Assembly (NCBI GenBank): GCA_963768765.1
Contig: CAVYJK010000032.1
Location: forward strand, 106,318-170,317
DNA: 64,000 bases
Source: an uncultured delta proteobacterium
Lineage (GTDB): Bacteria; Desulfobacterota; Desulfobaccia; Desulfobaccales; 0-14-0-80-60-11
Reading direction: 5' to 3'
The stretch's first letter is position 1; each line of letters opens with the position of its first letter. The notes beneath the pieces are model-generated. The model was given only the letters and a program-made list of their open reading frames with translations. It was not told the origin of the DNA and did not search any database. The translations under genes were made by a program, and so were the position numbers. Below, piece after piece: positions 63,039 to 64,000 of this stretch.

Positions 63039-64000
63039 TCAATTCAACTGGATTTCCAGGGTTTGGGCCAGTTCCCGGACCACCTGTTCGATGAACCCCT
63101 GATCCTCGCCTTCCGCCATGATGCGCAGCTTGGGCTCGGTGCCGGAGTAGCGCACCAGCAACCTTCCCTTGGCCCCCAGACATCTCTCGGCCTTATGAAT
63201 GGCCAGACGGGCCTGAGGGAGGGTTTTCAGGTCCTTTTTCTCCTTCACCCTGATATTGAGCAGAACCTGGGGATAGGTCTCCATGAAGCCGGCCAGGTCC
63301 GCCAGGGGTTTGTCCTCCCGGAGCATCACCGCCAGGAGTCTCAGGGCCGTGAGGATGCCGTCCCCGGTGGTGGTGTGGTTCAGGAAGACCAGATGGCCGG
63401 ACTGCTCGCCCCCCAGGTTGTAGCCCCCTTTGAGCATGGCTTCCAAGACGTAACGGTCTCCCACCGGGGCCCGCAGCAGATGGATGCCCTGTTCCTTCAA
63501 GGCCACTTCCAGGCCCAGGTTGGACATGACCGTGGCCACCACGGTCTTACGGTGCAACCGCTCCCGGCGGTGCATATCCAGGGCGCAGATGCCCAGGATG
63601 TGGTCGCCGTCCACGATCTTACCGGTATGGTCCACCATGATGACCCGATCGCCGTCGCCGTCGAAGGCCACCCCCAGGTCGGCCTTCTCCCTTTTCACCA
63701 GGGTGGCCATGCCCTCAGGGTGGGTGGCGCCGCATTTGTGGTTGATGTTCTTGCCGTTGGGCCGCACCCCGATGGAGATGATCTCCGCCCCCAGTTCGCT
63801 GAAGACCTCCGGGGCTACCCGGTAGGTGGCGCCGTGGGCGCAGTCCATCACGATCTTGAGCCCGTCCAGCTCCAGTTCTTTGGGGAAGGTGCCCTTAAGA
63901 AAAGAAATGTAGCGGCCCCGGGCGTCGTCGATGCGAAACGCCTGACCGATCTCCATGGCCGTGGGGCGGGTTTCCTCCACGCCCTGACTGGTCATCAGCA
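63039..64000 (-). CDS. glmM: phosphoglucosamine mutase, C-terminal two-thirds (gene continues beyond the window end)
   Basis: ..[15 protein letters not shown] (Mg site), ..[10 protein letters not shown].., ..[15 protein letters not shown]... The frame stays open to position 64000. Confidence 0.9.
   Translation of the reverse strand, partial: LMTSQGVEETRPTAMEIGQAFRIDDARGRYISFLKGTFPKELELDGLKIVMDCAHGATYRVAPEVFSELGAEIISIGVRPNGKNINHKCGATHPEGMATLVKREKADLGVAFDGDGDRVIMVDHTGKIVDGDHILGICALDMHRRERLHRKTVVATVMSNLGLEVALKEQGIHLLRAPVGDRYVLEAMLKGGYNLGGEQSGHLVFLNHTTTGDGILTALRLLAVMLREDKPLADLAGFMETYPQVLLNIRVKEKKDLKTLPQARLAIHKAERCLGAKGRLLVRYSGTEPKLRIMAEGEDQGFIEQVVRELAQTLEIQLN

Overview
GC-rich bacterial chromosomal segment. 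The gene content (desulforedoxin, rubrerythrins, TusA/DsrE proteins, several radical-SAM enzymes) suggests an anaerobic, Desulfobacterota-like organism; this is inference only. All family calls come from motif recognition by eye; no searches were run.

Core content:
- A dcw cell-wall/division cluster: mraZ-rsmH-ftsL-ftsI-murE-murF-mraY-murD-ftsW-murG-[1.1 kb insert]-murC-ftsQ-ftsA-ftsZ. murB and ddl are absent.
- Housekeeping genes: aconitase fragment, GDPD, ruvX, a radical SAM enzyme, an ArsR-TusA-DsrE sulfur-relay operon, a NapH-like polyferredoxin, IHF, an AmmeMemoRadiSam enzyme, ychF, carD, a PIN-TRAM protein, rluD, coaE, rho, an MBL hydrolase, eno, a PagL-like OMP, a PerR-desulforedoxin-rubrerythrin operon, rnc, HD-GYP, queH, sucCD, ymdB-like, rny, zapAB, a RecD2-like helicase, feoA, fur, coaX and glmM.
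- No rRNA, tRNA, CRISPR array, transposase or integrase was seen.

Stand-out observations:
1. An AT-richer islet encoding a DUF559 (Vsr-like) endonuclease plus an EVE (modified-base reader) protein sits between murG and murC. The DUF559 ORF is bracketed by ~35-nt terminal inverted repeats. These repeats recur as a gene-less pair and as solo copies elsewhere in the window.
2. sucC and sucD are split by a 2.3-kb four-gene insert.
3. A dense mosaic of G-rich palindromic repeats fills the intergenic regions. It includes an in-frame ~120-nt insertion inside murF and repeat-encoded C-terminal tails on two proteins.
4. Ten single-base frame disruptions affect 8 genes, several of them essential. Indel errors in the assembly are more likely than true decay.
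5. A 622-aa secreted protein carries nested 27/33-nt tandem repeats.
6. Several convincing small ORFs fall below the ORF-track cutoff.
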